Assembly: GCA_020629375.1 (NCBI GenBank)
Contig: JAHDDK010000001.1
Span: 118,129 to 182,128 of the forward strand
From: Acidimicrobiales bacterium
GTDB lineage: Bacteria > Actinomycetota > Acidimicrobiia > Acidimicrobiales > SHLQ01
Direction of reading: 5' to 3'
DNA length: 64,000 bases
Position numbers and translations under genes: made by a program. Numbering within the stretch: the stretch's first letter is position 1; each line of letters begins with the position of its first letter. The notes beneath the pieces are model-generated. The model was given only the letters and a program-made list of their open reading frames with translations. It was not told the DNA's origin and did not search any database. Below, one piece after another: positions 45,801 to 55,057 of the stretch.

Positions 45801-47210
45801 ATGTCGGATGTATTTGACGTCGTCGTCGTGGGCGGTGGTCCTGCCGGATACGCCGCAGCGCTCTATGGAGCTGCGGCAGGTCTCGACGTCGCCCTGATCG
45901 AGAAGTCCAAACTTGGCGGAACGTGCTTGCACGTCGGCTGCATCCCCGCCAAGGAGTTGCTCGAGACCGCCGCGGTGTTCCGCACCGTCTCGCACGCGTC
46001 GACCTTTGGCGTCAACACGACTCCGCCGACGATCGACTTCAGCGTCACGCAGACACGCAAGCAGTCCGTGATCGACATGCTCACGCGAGGCCTCGCGGGA
46101 TTGCTCAAGCATCGCAAGGTCACCGTCTTCGACGGGATCGGATCGGTCACGAGCACCGCCGCGACCAAGACGGTTGCGGTCACCGGCGGGGCGAGCGGTG
46201 ACGTCACGGTCACGGCGAACAACCTCATCCTCGCTGCCGGGTCGGTGCCACGAACCATTCCCGGGTTCGACGTCGACGGCACGACGATCGTGACCTCCGA
46301 CGAGCTCCTGTCACTCCAGCAACTCCCGACGTCCTCAGCGGTCATCGGCGGTGGTGCGATCGGTATCGAGTTCGCGTCGATGATGGCCGATCTCGGCACC
46401 AAGGTGACCGTCCTCGAGGCGATGCCCAAGATCATCCCCGGCGTCGACCCGGACGCCGCACGAGTCGTCGAGCGCAGCCTCAAATCGCGCGGCATCGACA
46501 TCCACACGGGGGTCATGGTCAACGGCCACGAGACCACCGCCACTGGCAAGCGGGTCACCTTCGGCGACGGCCAGAGCGTCGACGTCGACCTCGTCGTCTT
46601 GTCCATCGGTCGGCGACCCTTCGCCGACCTCCTCGGGCTACCAGGCGTCGGCGTTCCCGTCGACGACCGGGGCTTTGTACCGGTCGACGCGGCCTGCCGC
46701 ACCGGTGTGCCCGGCGTGTGGGCGGTCGGCGACCTCATCGCCACCGCACAGCTGGCGCACGTCGGCTTCGCCGAGGGCATGGTCGCGATCCGCGACATTC
46801 TGGGCGAGGACCCCCAACCCGTCGACTACTTCAACGTCCCGTGGTGCATCTACTGCCACCCCGAGGTCGCCTTCGCCGGACACACCGAAGCATCGGCCAA
46901 AGAGGCCGGCTACGACGTCGTGACGTCGACCCACAAGTTCAACGGGAACGGCCGGGCGATGATCGTCGGCGAGACCGATGGCCTCGTCAAGGTCATCGCC
47001 GAGCGAGGACCCGACGGTCGTGCCGGGCGCATGCTCGGCGTGCACATGGTCGGTCCATGGGTGACCGAACAACTCGGCCAGGGCTACCTCGCCATCAACT
47101 GGGAAGCCACCGTCGACGAGGTCGCCTCGTTCATCCAGCCACATCCGACCATGAGCGAGCTCTTTGGAGAGACCGTCATGGACCTCACCGGCCGCGCGCT
47201 ACACGGCTGA
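45801..47210 (+). CDS. lpdA: dihydrolipoyl dehydrogenase (E3)
   Basis: Start at the ATG at 45801 (GGAG upstream). DVVVVGGGPAGYAAA, redox-active GGTCLHVGCIPAK, and a C-terminal HPTMSE. Confidence 0.95.
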   Translation: MSDVFDVVVVGGGPAGYAAALYGAAAGLDVALIEKSKLGGTCLHVGCIPAKELLETAAVFRTVSHASTFGVNTTPPTIDFSVTQTRKQSVIDMLTRGLAGLLKHRKVTVFDGIGSVTSTAATKTVAVTGGASGDVTVTANNLILAAGSVPRTIPGFDVDGTTIVTSDELLSLQQLPTSSAVIGGGAIGIEFASMMADLGTKVTVLEAMPKIIPGVDPDAARVVERSLKSRGIDIHTGVMVNGHETTATGKRVTFGDGQSVDVDLVVLSIGRRPFADLLGLPGVGVPVDDRGFVPVDAACRTGVPGVWAVGDLIATAQLAHVGFAEGMVAIRDILGEDPQPVDYFNVPWCIYCHPEVAFAGHTEASAKEAGYDVVTSTHKFNGNGRAMIVGETDGLVKVIAERGPDGRAGRMLGVHMVGPWVTEQLGQGYLAINWEATVDEVASFIQPHPTMSELFGETVMDLTGRALHG

Positions 47211-47254
47211 CCCACCGATCACCCTTTCGAACCCTTCAACACCGGAGCAAATCA

Positions 47255-49087
47255 ATGACCGACATCACGCTTCCTCTTCTCGGCGAGTCCGTGACCGAGG
47301 GGACCATCACGCGGTGGTTCAAACAGGTGGGCGACACGGTTGCCGAGGACGAGGCGTTGTTCGAGGTGTCGACGGACAAGGTGGATTCGGAGGTGCCGTC
47401 GCCGGTGGCGGGGGTGATCACCGAGATCGTGGTTCCGGAGGGAGAGACGGTCGAGGTTGGGACGGTTCTGGCTCGTATTGGTGATGGTGCTGCTGCTCCG
47501 GCCGCGGCTCCCGTGGAGGCGGCTCCGGCTCCCGAACCTGCCCCGGCACCTGAACCTGCCCCGGCTCCCGTTGCGGAGGCTCCGGCAGCCGCACCCGCAC
47601 CTGCGCCTGCCCCCGCTGCGCCAGCGAGCGGTGGTGCCTCCACCGACATCACGCTTCCTCTTCTCGGCGAGTCCGTGACCGAGGGGACCATCACGCGGTG
47701 GTTCAAACAGGTGGGCGACACGGTTGCCGAGGACGAGGCGTTGTTCGAGGTGTCGACGGACAAGGTGGATTCGGAGGTGCCGTCGCCGGTGGCGGGGGTG
47801 ATCACCGAGATCGTGGTTCCGGAGGGAGAGACGGTCGAGGTTGGGACGGTTCTGGCTCGTATTGGTGATGGTGCTGCTGCTCCGGCCGCGGCTCCCGTGG
47901 AGGCGGCTCCGGCTCCCGAACCTGCCCCGGCACCTGAACCTGCCCCGGCTCCCGTTGCGGAGGCTCTGGCACCCGCACCGGCGCCTGCTCCAGAGCCTGC
48001 GCCAGCCCCCGTTGCGCCAGCGCCCGCACCCGAGATCGACCTGTCGGGATATGTGCTCTCGCCGGTCGTGCGCCGACTCATCTCCGAGAACGACCTCGAC
48101 CCCGGCACCATCACCGGAACCGGTGTCGGCGGCCGCATCACCCGCAAAGACGTCGAAGCGGTCATCCAGGCGCGGGCTGCGGGCATGGCCACCGCCGATG
48201 CCACGCCCCCGGCCGCCGCACCTGCCCCTTCGCCGGCGACGCCAGCACCGGCGCCAGCTACTCCGGCGCCAGCTACTCCGGCACCCGCTGCCGAAGCACC
48301 GGCTGCGCCCGCACCGGCAGCTCCTGCCCCGGCTCCGGCCTCGGAGTCTGCTCCTGCGCCGTCGGCTCCCGGAACTGAGCGACGTCAGGCCCTCAACAAC
48401 ATCCGGCGTCGTACGGCCGAGCACATGGTGATGTCGAAGGCGACGTCTCCCCATGTGCTCACCGCTATGGAGGTCGACTTCGAAGCGGTCGAAGTTGTGC
48501 GACGTCGTCACAAGTCCGACTGGAAGTCCGAGGAAGGCTTCAGTCTCACCTACCTTCCGTTCGTCCTGCGTGCCGTTGCGGACGCCCTCCGCGACTTCCC
48601 GCTGATGAACGCCTCGCTCGAGGGCGATGACATCGTGGTCCACAACGACGTCAATGTTGCGATCGCCGTCGACCTCAACTTCGACGGCCTCCTCGCTCCG
48701 GTCGTGAAGAACGTTGAGGGCAAGCGGCTGCGACAACTCAGCCGGGACGTGGTCGACATCGCCACCCGTGCCCGCTCGAAGAAGGTCACCCCGGACGACC
48801 TGTCGGGCGGGACGTTCACGATCACGAACCCGGGTCAGTACGGGACGATGATGCAGTTCCCGATCATCAATCAGCCCCAGGTTGCGATCCTCTCCACCGA
48901 CGGTGTGCACCGCAAGCCCGTCGTCGTGACCGACGAGTACGGCAGCGAGAACATCGCCATCCACTCGGTCGGCGTGCTCGCGTTGGCGTGGGACCATCGC
49001 GCCTTCGACGGCGCCTACGCGGCGGCGTTCTTGGCTCGAATGCGCGAGATCATCGAAGGCACCGACTGGGAAGCCGAGATCAGCTGA
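47255..49087 (+). CDS. 2-oxoacid dehydrogenase E2 (dihydrolipoamide acyltransferase): two lipoyl domains, E3-binding domain, catalytic domain
   Basis: Start at the ATG at 47255 (GGAG upstream). Two copies of EVSTDKVDSEVPSP (lipoyl-Lys), PSBD SPVVRRLISENDLDPGTITGTGVGGRITRKDV, and catalytic DHRAFDG. Confidence 0.95.
   Translation: MTDITLPLLGESVTEGTITRWFKQVGDTVAEDEALFEVSTDKVDSEVPSPVAGVITEIVVPEGETVEVGTVLARIGDGAAAPAAAPVEAAPAPEPAPAPEPAPAPVAEAPAAAPAPAPAPAAPASGGASTDITLPLLGESVTEGTITRWFKQVGDTVAEDEALFEVSTDKVDSEVPSPVAGVITEIVVPEGETVEVGTVLARIGDGAAAPAAAPVEAAPAPEPAPAPEPAPAPVAEALAPAPAPAPEPAPAPVAPAPAPEIDLSGYVLSPVVRRLISENDLDPGTITGTGVGGRITRKDVEAVIQARAAGMATADATPPAAAPAPSPATPAPAPATPAPATPAPAAEAPAAPAPAAPAPAPASESAPAPSAPGTERRQALNNIRRRTAEHMVMSKATSPHVLTAMEVDFEAVEVVRRRHKSDWKSEEGFSLTYLPFVLRAVADALRDFPLMNASLEGDDIVVHNDVNVAIAVDLNFDGLLAPVVKNVEGKRLRQLSRDVVDIATRARSKKVTPDDLSGGTFTITNPGQYGTMMQFPIINQPQVAILSTDGVHRKPVVVTDEYGSENIAIHSVGVLALAWDHRAFDGAYAAAFLARMREIIEGTDWEAEIS
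47258..47966 (+). repeat. perfect tandem duplication (325 nt, period 384 nt) covering lipoyl domain plus Ala/Pro linker
   Basis: 47258-47582 and 47642-47966 read identically base for base in my comparison. They diverge at 47583 versus 47967. Confidence 0.9.
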
Positions 49088-49089
49088 TC

Positions 49090-50775
49090 GTGGACCCGCT
49101 GCGCGTCCGGTGGCTAGGGCGGGTGGCTTATCGGGACGCGCTCGAACTCCAGCACCGACTGTGGTCGACTGACGGCCGATGGCACGGCGACCACTTGCTC
49201 CTACTCGAGCACGATCCGGTCTTCACGCTTGGTGCTCGCGCCGATCTCGTGAACCTACTGGTCGACCCGGCCGAACACGGCGCCGATGTGATCGAAGCCG
49301 ATCGCGGCGGTGACATCACCTGGCACGGGCCGGGCCAGCTGACCGGCTACCCGGTGATGTCTGTACCGGGTAAGCGCGGTGGGGGCATGGCCGACACCGT
49401 CGCCTGGGTCCGGACGATCGAACAACTCGTCATCGACACCTGTCGAAGTCTGGGACTCGACGATGTCGGACGACTCGACGACTATCCGGGCGTGTGGGTC
49501 GAGCCCAACTCGGACGCGCCCCGCAAAATCGCGGCCATCGGTGTGCGGTTGAGCCGAGGACGATCGATGCACGGTTTCGCGCTCAATGTCGACCCCGATC
49601 TCGTCTGGTTCGATCGGATGATCCCGTGCGGCATCGACGACAAGGCCGTCACGTCGCTCGCCGCCGAGGGGATCGACGTGACCATGCGCGAGGTCGTCGA
49701 CGCCCTGGTCGAGCTCGCGGCGGCGGTGTGGGCCAGCGATCGATCGGTCGACCGCCAAGATGTGGTCTGGAAGACAACACCCGACGACCTCACTGCGTTC
49801 AGTCGTGGGCTCGGCCCGGGCGAGACGTCTGGAACCACTGATTCGCCTCATCTCGACGGCACATCGGTTCGCATTGCTGGTCGACTCGACGAAGCTGGGG
49901 TCACCACCGGCCTCCAGATCTCGTCCCGAAAGCCCGACTGGATGCGCGTCAAAGCCGACATGGGCCCCGAGTATCGGCGGCTCAAATCGGTGATGCGGTC
50001 GCTGGATCTCGTCACGGTGTGCGAAGAGGCTGGTTGTCCGAACATCTTCGACTGCTGGAACGACGGCACGGCGACGTTCATGGTGCTCGGCGAACGCTGC
50101 ACCCGGAAATGCGGGTTCTGCCTGGTCGACACCCGCCATCCGTTGGCCGCCGACCCCGACGAGCCAGCAAAGGTCGCCGAAGCTGTCGACAAAATGAACC
50201 TCGACTACTCCGTGATCACGATGGTCGCTCGAGATGACCTCGATGACGGTGGGGCGCGTCACGTCGCCGACACGGTTCGAGCGATTCGTGACCGGCGTCC
50301 GGCGTCTCGCGTCGAGGTCCTGATCTCCGACCTGAAGGGCGAGCCGGCCGACCTCGACACGGTCATCGCGGCAAGACCCGATGTGTTCAACCACAACATC
50401 GAGACCGTCCCACGTCTCCAACGAGTCGCTCGTCCATCGGCGTCGTACGCGCGGAGTCTGGCGGTGCTCGCGAGAGCTTCCGCCGCCGGACTGACCACGA
50501 AGTCGTCGATCATCGTGGGCATGGGCGAAGAGCCCGACGAGGTGATGTCGACAATGGCAGACCTCGCAGCCATCGGCGTCGACATCGTGACGATCGGCCA
50601 GTACCTCCGCCCGACGTCTCACCACCTGCCCGTCGCCCGATGGGTTGAGCCACACGAGTTCGACCAGTGGAAGTCCGCCGGCGAGTCGACACTGGGTCTG
50701 GCCCACGTCGAATCGTCACCGCTCACCCGCTCGAGCTACCACGCGAAACAAGGAGAAGCCGCCGCCCGTGCCTGA
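49090..50775 (+). CDS. lipB-lipA: single ORF encoding octanoyltransferase LipB fused to lipoyl synthase LipA
   Basis: GTG at 49090, 3 nt after the E2 stop. LipB blocks HDPVFTLG, ADRGGDITWHGPGQ, RKIAAIGVR, HGFALNV and PCGI. A ~35-aa linker follows. LipA blocks RKPDWMRVK, CEEAGCPNIFDCW, CTRKCGFC, NHNIETV and RSSYHA. There is no stop codon between the two halves. Confidence 0.85.
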   Translation: MDPLRVRWLGRVAYRDALELQHRLWSTDGRWHGDHLLLLEHDPVFTLGARADLVNLLVDPAEHGADVIEADRGGDITWHGPGQLTGYPVMSVPGKRGGGMADTVAWVRTIEQLVIDTCRSLGLDDVGRLDDYPGVWVEPNSDAPRKIAAIGVRLSRGRSMHGFALNVDPDLVWFDRMIPCGIDDKAVTSLAAEGIDVTMREVVDALVELAAAVWASDRSVDRQDVVWKTTPDDLTAFSRGLGPGETSGTTDSPHLDGTSVRIAGRLDEAGVTTGLQISSRKPDWMRVKADMGPEYRRLKSVMRSLDLVTVCEEAGCPNIFDCWNDGTATFMVLGERCTRKCGFCLVDTRHPLAADPDEPAKVAEAVDKMNLDYSVITMVARDDLDDGGARHVADTVRAIRDRRPASRVEVLISDLKGEPADLDTVIAARPDVFNHNIETVPRLQRVARPSASYARSLAVLARASAAGLTTKSSIIVGMGEEPDEVMSTMADLAAIGVDIVTIGQYLRPTSHHLPVARWVEPHEFDQWKSAGESTLGLAHVESSPLTRSSYHAKQGEAAARA

Positions 50776-51529
50776 TGCTCTCGCCACAACCGACGCCATC
50801 GCAAAACCGCTCCTCGAGTTCGGGCGGGGATGGATGATCGACCCGTCGACCCGCGAGCGAGCCGCCGAACTCGGTTTGCCCGCGGACACGCCCTTCGGAT
50901 TCTGGGTCAACGGGCGCGCGGGCGCCCTCGGAGATGTCTCCGCGGCCGTCGCTGCGGCAGCGATCGGCTTTATGAGCCCCGGGCTGGTCGAACGCCATTG
51001 GACGGCTCGTCCCGACGAGCTTTCAGCACTCGATGCCGCCGCCGAATACGCCGCATCCGCAGCGAACTGGGGCCGAAACGTCCTCTCCGGTATGTCCGAC
51101 GCCGAACTCGACGAGCTCACCGGATTGTGTATCCGAGTCGCTGACGCCGCGAACCCCTCGGTCGGCGTGTTGTTCGCCGGATGGCGAGACGTCGCGCTGC
51201 CGGACGACTCGGCGGGCGCCGCCACCGTCGCCATGAACGTGGTCCGCGAACTGCGGGGCGGGGCCTACCTGTCCGCCGTGCATGCGGTAGGGCTCGGGCC
51301 TCTCGGCGCCATCATCTCGACGGACGATCCGGTGCGCGGCGGCCCGAGTTGGGCGGAGACGTTTGGCTGGGCAGGGCCGTGGCCTGATGTCGATGCGGAC
51401 GCTCGACGCGACGCCGAGGACCGTACCTCGGCGATCGTCGCTCGCGTGATCGATGCCGCACTCGACGACGAACAACAAGGACGACTCGTCACGCTTGTCG
51501 CCGCCGCCCGCTCCGGAATGGAGTCCTGA
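50768..51529 (+). CDS. conserved hypothetical protein
   Basis: GTG at 50768 (8-nt overlap with lipA). High GC3. GFWVNGRAGALGDV and VVRELRGGAYLSAVHAVGL look like a conserved actinobacterial family I cannot name with confidence. Confidence 0.6.
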   Translation: MPDALATTDAIAKPLLEFGRGWMIDPSTRERAAELGLPADTPFGFWVNGRAGALGDVSAAVAAAAIGFMSPGLVERHWTARPDELSALDAAAEYAASAANWGRNVLSGMSDAELDELTGLCIRVADAANPSVGVLFAGWRDVALPDDSAGAATVAMNVVRELRGGAYLSAVHAVGLGPLGAIISTDDPVRGGPSWAETFGWAGPWPDVDADARRDAEDRTSAIVARVIDAALDDEQQGRLVTLVAAARSGMES

Positions 51530-51530
51530 G

Positions 51531-52628
51531 ATGTTCGGCCCTCGGCTTCAACGTGCTCGCGCCGAGATGGACCGTCAGGGAGTCGATGCGCTCCTCCTGT
51601 CGGTGGGGGCCGACCTGCCGTATCTGACCGGATACTCGGCGATGCCGCTCGAACGACTGACGATGCTCGTCCTCCCGAGAGACGGTGAGGCCCGCCTCGT
51701 CATCCCCGAGCTCGAAGCACCGCTCGTCGCCGAACGCGATGACTTCACGATGGTGCCGTGGGGGGAGACGCAGGACCCGCTCGATCTTGTTGTCGGGCTT
51801 ATCGGGCAGGACGCAACCGTTGGGATCGGCGACACGACCTGGGCGCGTTTCGTCGTCGGTCTTGTCGACCGCGCCCCGGCTCTCGTGCTGCGCAATGCGT
51901 CGGACGTGATGACGCCGCTCCGAGCGGTCAAGTCCGACGACGAAGTCGCCATGCTCCGATCAGCTGCAGCCGCGGTCGATCGAATCGCTGGCCGACTCCG
52001 CAACGGCGAGATCCCCCTCGTCGGCCAGACCGAGGCGCAGGTGTCGGCCGAGCTCGGACGTCAGATCGTCGAAGAGGGCCATCACCACGTGAACTTCGCC
52101 ATCGTCGCCGCTGGAGCCAACGCCGCCAGTCCACATCATCACGCCGGGGATCACGTGATCACCGAGGGAGAGGTGGTCCTGTGTGATTTCGGGGGAACCT
52201 GGTTGGACGACCACGGGGTCGGCTACTGCTCGGATCTGACTCGCTGTGTCTACACCGGCGATCCTCCGTCGGAGTTCGTCGAGATGTACGACGTCTTGTT
52301 CAACGCGCAGGCTGCATCGGTTGCCGCCGCGACGGTCGGCACGCCGGCCGAAGTCGTCGATCGCGCGGGTCGATCGATCATCGCTGACGCCGGCTACGGC
52401 GACTACTTCATCCATCGGACCGGTCATGGGATCGGGGTCGAAGCCCACGAGGAGCCCTACATCGTCGAGGGCAACACGGATCCGCTCGTCGCGGGCAACG
52501 CGTTCTCGGTCGAGCCGGGGATCTACATCCCCGGCAAGTGGGGCGCTCGCATCGAGGACATCGTCGTGTCATCGGCCGAAGGGCCGGACCCGCTCAACCG
52601 GGTCGATCACGCGCTCGCCCGTGTGTAG
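51531..52628 (+). CDS. M24-family Xaa-Pro aminopeptidase
   Basis: Start at the ATG at 51531 (GGAG upstream). DFGG...GYCSDLTR, HRTGHGIGVEAHEEPY, and FSVEPGIY. Confidence 0.9.
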   Translation: MFGPRLQRARAEMDRQGVDALLLSVGADLPYLTGYSAMPLERLTMLVLPRDGEARLVIPELEAPLVAERDDFTMVPWGETQDPLDLVVGLIGQDATVGIGDTTWARFVVGLVDRAPALVLRNASDVMTPLRAVKSDDEVAMLRSAAAAVDRIAGRLRNGEIPLVGQTEAQVSAELGRQIVEEGHHHVNFAIVAAGANAASPHHHAGDHVITEGEVVLCDFGGTWLDDHGVGYCSDLTRCVYTGDPPSEFVEMYDVLFNAQAASVAAATVGTPAEVVDRAGRSIIADAGYGDYFIHRTGHGIGVEAHEEPYIVEGNTDPLVAGNAFSVEPGIYIPGKWGARIEDIVVSSAEGPDPLNRVDHALARV

Positions 52629-52654
52629 CCGAAGCACGGCCTAACCGGATCGGT

Positions 52655-55030
52655 TCAGCCGAACTCCGGACGTCCGACGTTGGTCCATCGATCGTGGTGG
52701 TCGTCGGTGTCGACGCTGACGAATGCGCCACATCCATTGGCGACCGACGCCCCCGATCCGGTTTCCTCCCAACATTTCGAGGAGTCGCTCCATTCGTTGG
52801 TGAGGCTGATCGACCGGCCAGGGAGAGCGGCGCCAAGTCGGAGTTCGTCTTGGGGGTCCCAGATGTCGATCGACGTGGTCGGCCGCACATTGATCTCGGC
52901 GCCCTGGCCCCAGGCGACGTAGTCGACGAGACGGTACTGGCTGTCGAAGACGAAGATGTCGTCGCCGGTGTTGTCGAGAACCTTGGGGTCGGGGTGCATG
53001 CCGTGTCGCCATTCGATGGCGGCTTCGTCGACGGGATCGCGGTGGACTCGGTTGAACCAGAGGACTGCCCGGTCGGTCGGGTCGACGACGTCGAGTTCGA
53101 ACGCTCCGGTCCGGAATTCAAAGCCGAGTGCGTCCTCGGTGTAGAGCGGGTTGTGGTCCGTGATGATCAGCCCGTCCACGCTGAGCGGGTCCGAGCCGCG
53201 TCTGGCGAATTCGATGAACTCGTCGCCGTTGTCGGCATCGTCGGTGTGGAACAGAACCTCGCTGATGTTGATCTCTCCGTACAACGGCGACAGCTCGAAC
53301 TGCAGGCTCGCGAGTGCGAAGGTCATCGAGGTGGTGCCACCCTCCGAATCGGATGCGGTGACGGTCACGGAGAGGTTTTGATCGACGGCGGCCGGGTCGA
53401 CGTTGCCGGTGATGGTGCCGGTGGTCGGGTTGATGCTCATGCCTGGTGGGAGTCCAGTGGCGCTGTAGAGCAGCGCGTCGCCATCGGGGTCGGTCGCGTC
53501 GATCGTGATGGGTTGGCCGCCAACCGCATAGGCGACCTGGTCGGGGAGGGGCGTGATCTCGGGAGCGCCATTCGGGATGGTCGTGGTGGTCGTCGTGGTG
53601 GTCGTTGTTGTTGTCGTAGTGGTGGTGGTCGAGGTGGTGCTGGTGGTCGTGGGAGCGGTCGTCGTGGGTGCCGTGGTCGTCGTCGGCGCGTCGCTTGTCG
53701 TTGTTGTGGTGAGGGCCACGGTTGTCGTGGAAGCGGTCGTCGGCGGGATCGTGGTCGGGTCGAGACTCTCGGTGGTCGGCGCAGCTGTCGGTGGCGGCTC
53801 CGTCGTCGGCGTTGCGGTCGTAGTTGTGCTGTCTGCGAAGGCGAGGTTGTCCGGCGCTGTCGACTCGAGGTCGACTAGCGGTGTCGCTGTGGCTGTGGCG
53901 ACGACTGCGGCGGTCACACTTGCCTGAGTCACCACCGATGCCGTCGTCGCCGCAACCGGCGTGGCGCTCACTGTCGTGAGGGTTTCGAGGCCAAAGGTGT
54001 GGCCCACCCAACCGAGAGGTGTGGCGGCTACTCGGAGCTTGCCGATCCCCACGTTGAGAAACGCTCGGGCCACGACCGGATCGAACTGGCTTCCGGCGCA
54101 TCGAGCGATCTCTGCTCGAGCATCCTCTTTCGACATTGGCTTCTTGTAGCTGCGGGTGCTGGTCATGACGTCGTACGCGTCGGCAACAGCGACGATGCGT
54201 CCGGCGATCGAAATGTCGACCCCCGATTTCGTACTCGGGTAGCCGTTGCCGTCCCAGCGAAGATGATGTTCGTCGGCGGCATGCAACCACGGGCCGAGCC
54301 ACGGGGCGAGCGGCGCGAGATACGGCAATGCCGCTCGCGGGTGATTTTGAAGGATCTGCCATTCGTCCTCGTCGGGACGTCCGGGCTTGTTGAGAATCTC
54401 ACTCGGCACACGGAGCTTGCCGACGTCGTGGAGTAGCGCTGCCCAATGAAGCTTGTTGCGGTCTTCTGCCGGAAGGCCCATCTCCTCGGCGATCAGATCG
54501 GCATAGGCACGTACACGTTCGCAGTGGCCGCGTGTCAGCCGGTCGTGGGCCGACAGTGCGGCGACCAGGTCGAGGAGATACTCGCCGTGCGTCGACTCGC
54601 TCGATTCGGTTCCGGCGCGGCGGTGGTCCTCGATCCGGTCGGCGAGCTGACGGGTGGTGCCCTGTCGGAGCGCGACCCGGTAGCGCGACGGCGCCTGATC
54701 CGGAAACACAAGCGAGAGCGTCAGGAGGCCGGCGACAGGCAGAAGGCGTCGGAGAAGGCGATCGGCGACAGCCATGGCCGCCACGGAGAGCACCGCCACA
54801 CCGATCCACCACACCACGATGTGCACACCGACGCTCGACGGCGGAAAGCGCCGCGACAGAGCGAAAGACACGGCGAGCGACACGAGGACCGGTCCGAGGA
54901 AGACGCCGGCCTTGATGGCCAGGCTGAGGGCGGGTCGAGCCCGCCACTGTTCGGCCGCCCCCGCTCGGGCTGTTTGGGTTGGTCCATCCACGGCGCCCGC
55001 GGGCCTCCTGCTCGTTACGCCAACACCCAT
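52655..55030 (-). CDS. membrane HD-GYP phosphodiesterase with Thr-rich linker, Ig-like (He_PIG/cadherin-like) domain and lamin-tail domain
   Basis: Three N-terminal TM segments. HCERV...LLHDVGKLRVP...HHLRWDGNGYPS gives HD-GYP. There is a run of 17 Thr codons. YSATGLPPGMSINPTTGTITG is Ig-like. INISEVLFHTDDADNGDEFIEF...LSVDGLIITD is LTD-like. Confidence 0.85.
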   Translation of the reverse strand: MGVGVTSRRPAGAVDGPTQTARAGAAEQWRARPALSLAIKAGVFLGPVLVSLAVSFALSRRFPPSSVGVHIVVWWIGVAVLSVAAMAVADRLLRRLLPVAGLLTLSLVFPDQAPSRYRVALRQGTTRQLADRIEDHRRAGTESSESTHGEYLLDLVAALSAHDRLTRGHCERVRAYADLIAEEMGLPAEDRNKLHWAALLHDVGKLRVPSEILNKPGRPDEDEWQILQNHPRAALPYLAPLAPWLGPWLHAADEHHLRWDGNGYPSTKSGVDISIAGRIVAVADAYDVMTSTRSYKKPMSKEDARAEIARCAGSQFDPVVARAFLNVGIGKLRVAATPLGWVGHTFGLETLTTVSATPVAATTASVVTQASVTAAVVATATATPLVDLESTAPDNLAFADSTTTTATPTTEPPPTAAPTTESLDPTTIPPTTASTTTVALTTTTTSDAPTTTTAPTTTAPTTTSTTSTTTTTTTTTTTTTTTTTIPNGAPEITPLPDQVAYAVGGQPITIDATDPDGDALLYSATGLPPGMSINPTTGTITGNVDPAAVDQNLSVTVTASDSEGGTTSMTFALASLQFELSPLYGEINISEVLFHTDDADNGDEFIEFARRGSDPLSVDGLIITDHNPLYTEDALGFEFRTGAFELDVVDPTDRAVLWFNRVHRDPVDEAAIEWRHGMHPDPKVLDNTGDDIFVFDSQYRLVDYVAWGQGAEINVRPTTSIDIWDPQDELRLGAALPGRSISLTNEWSDSSKCWEETGSGASVANGCGAFVSVDTDDHHDRWTNVGRPEFG

Positions 55031-55057
55031 CTATCGGCGTTGGGGCTACACAAACGA

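Noticed and set aside
47258-47966. Possibility that the regular repeats here, or at 58632-58755, represent a CRISPR array
   Set aside because: There are only two copies in each case. The first pair lies inside a coding lipoyl-domain duplication. The second has no unique spacers between units. No cas genes are in the window.
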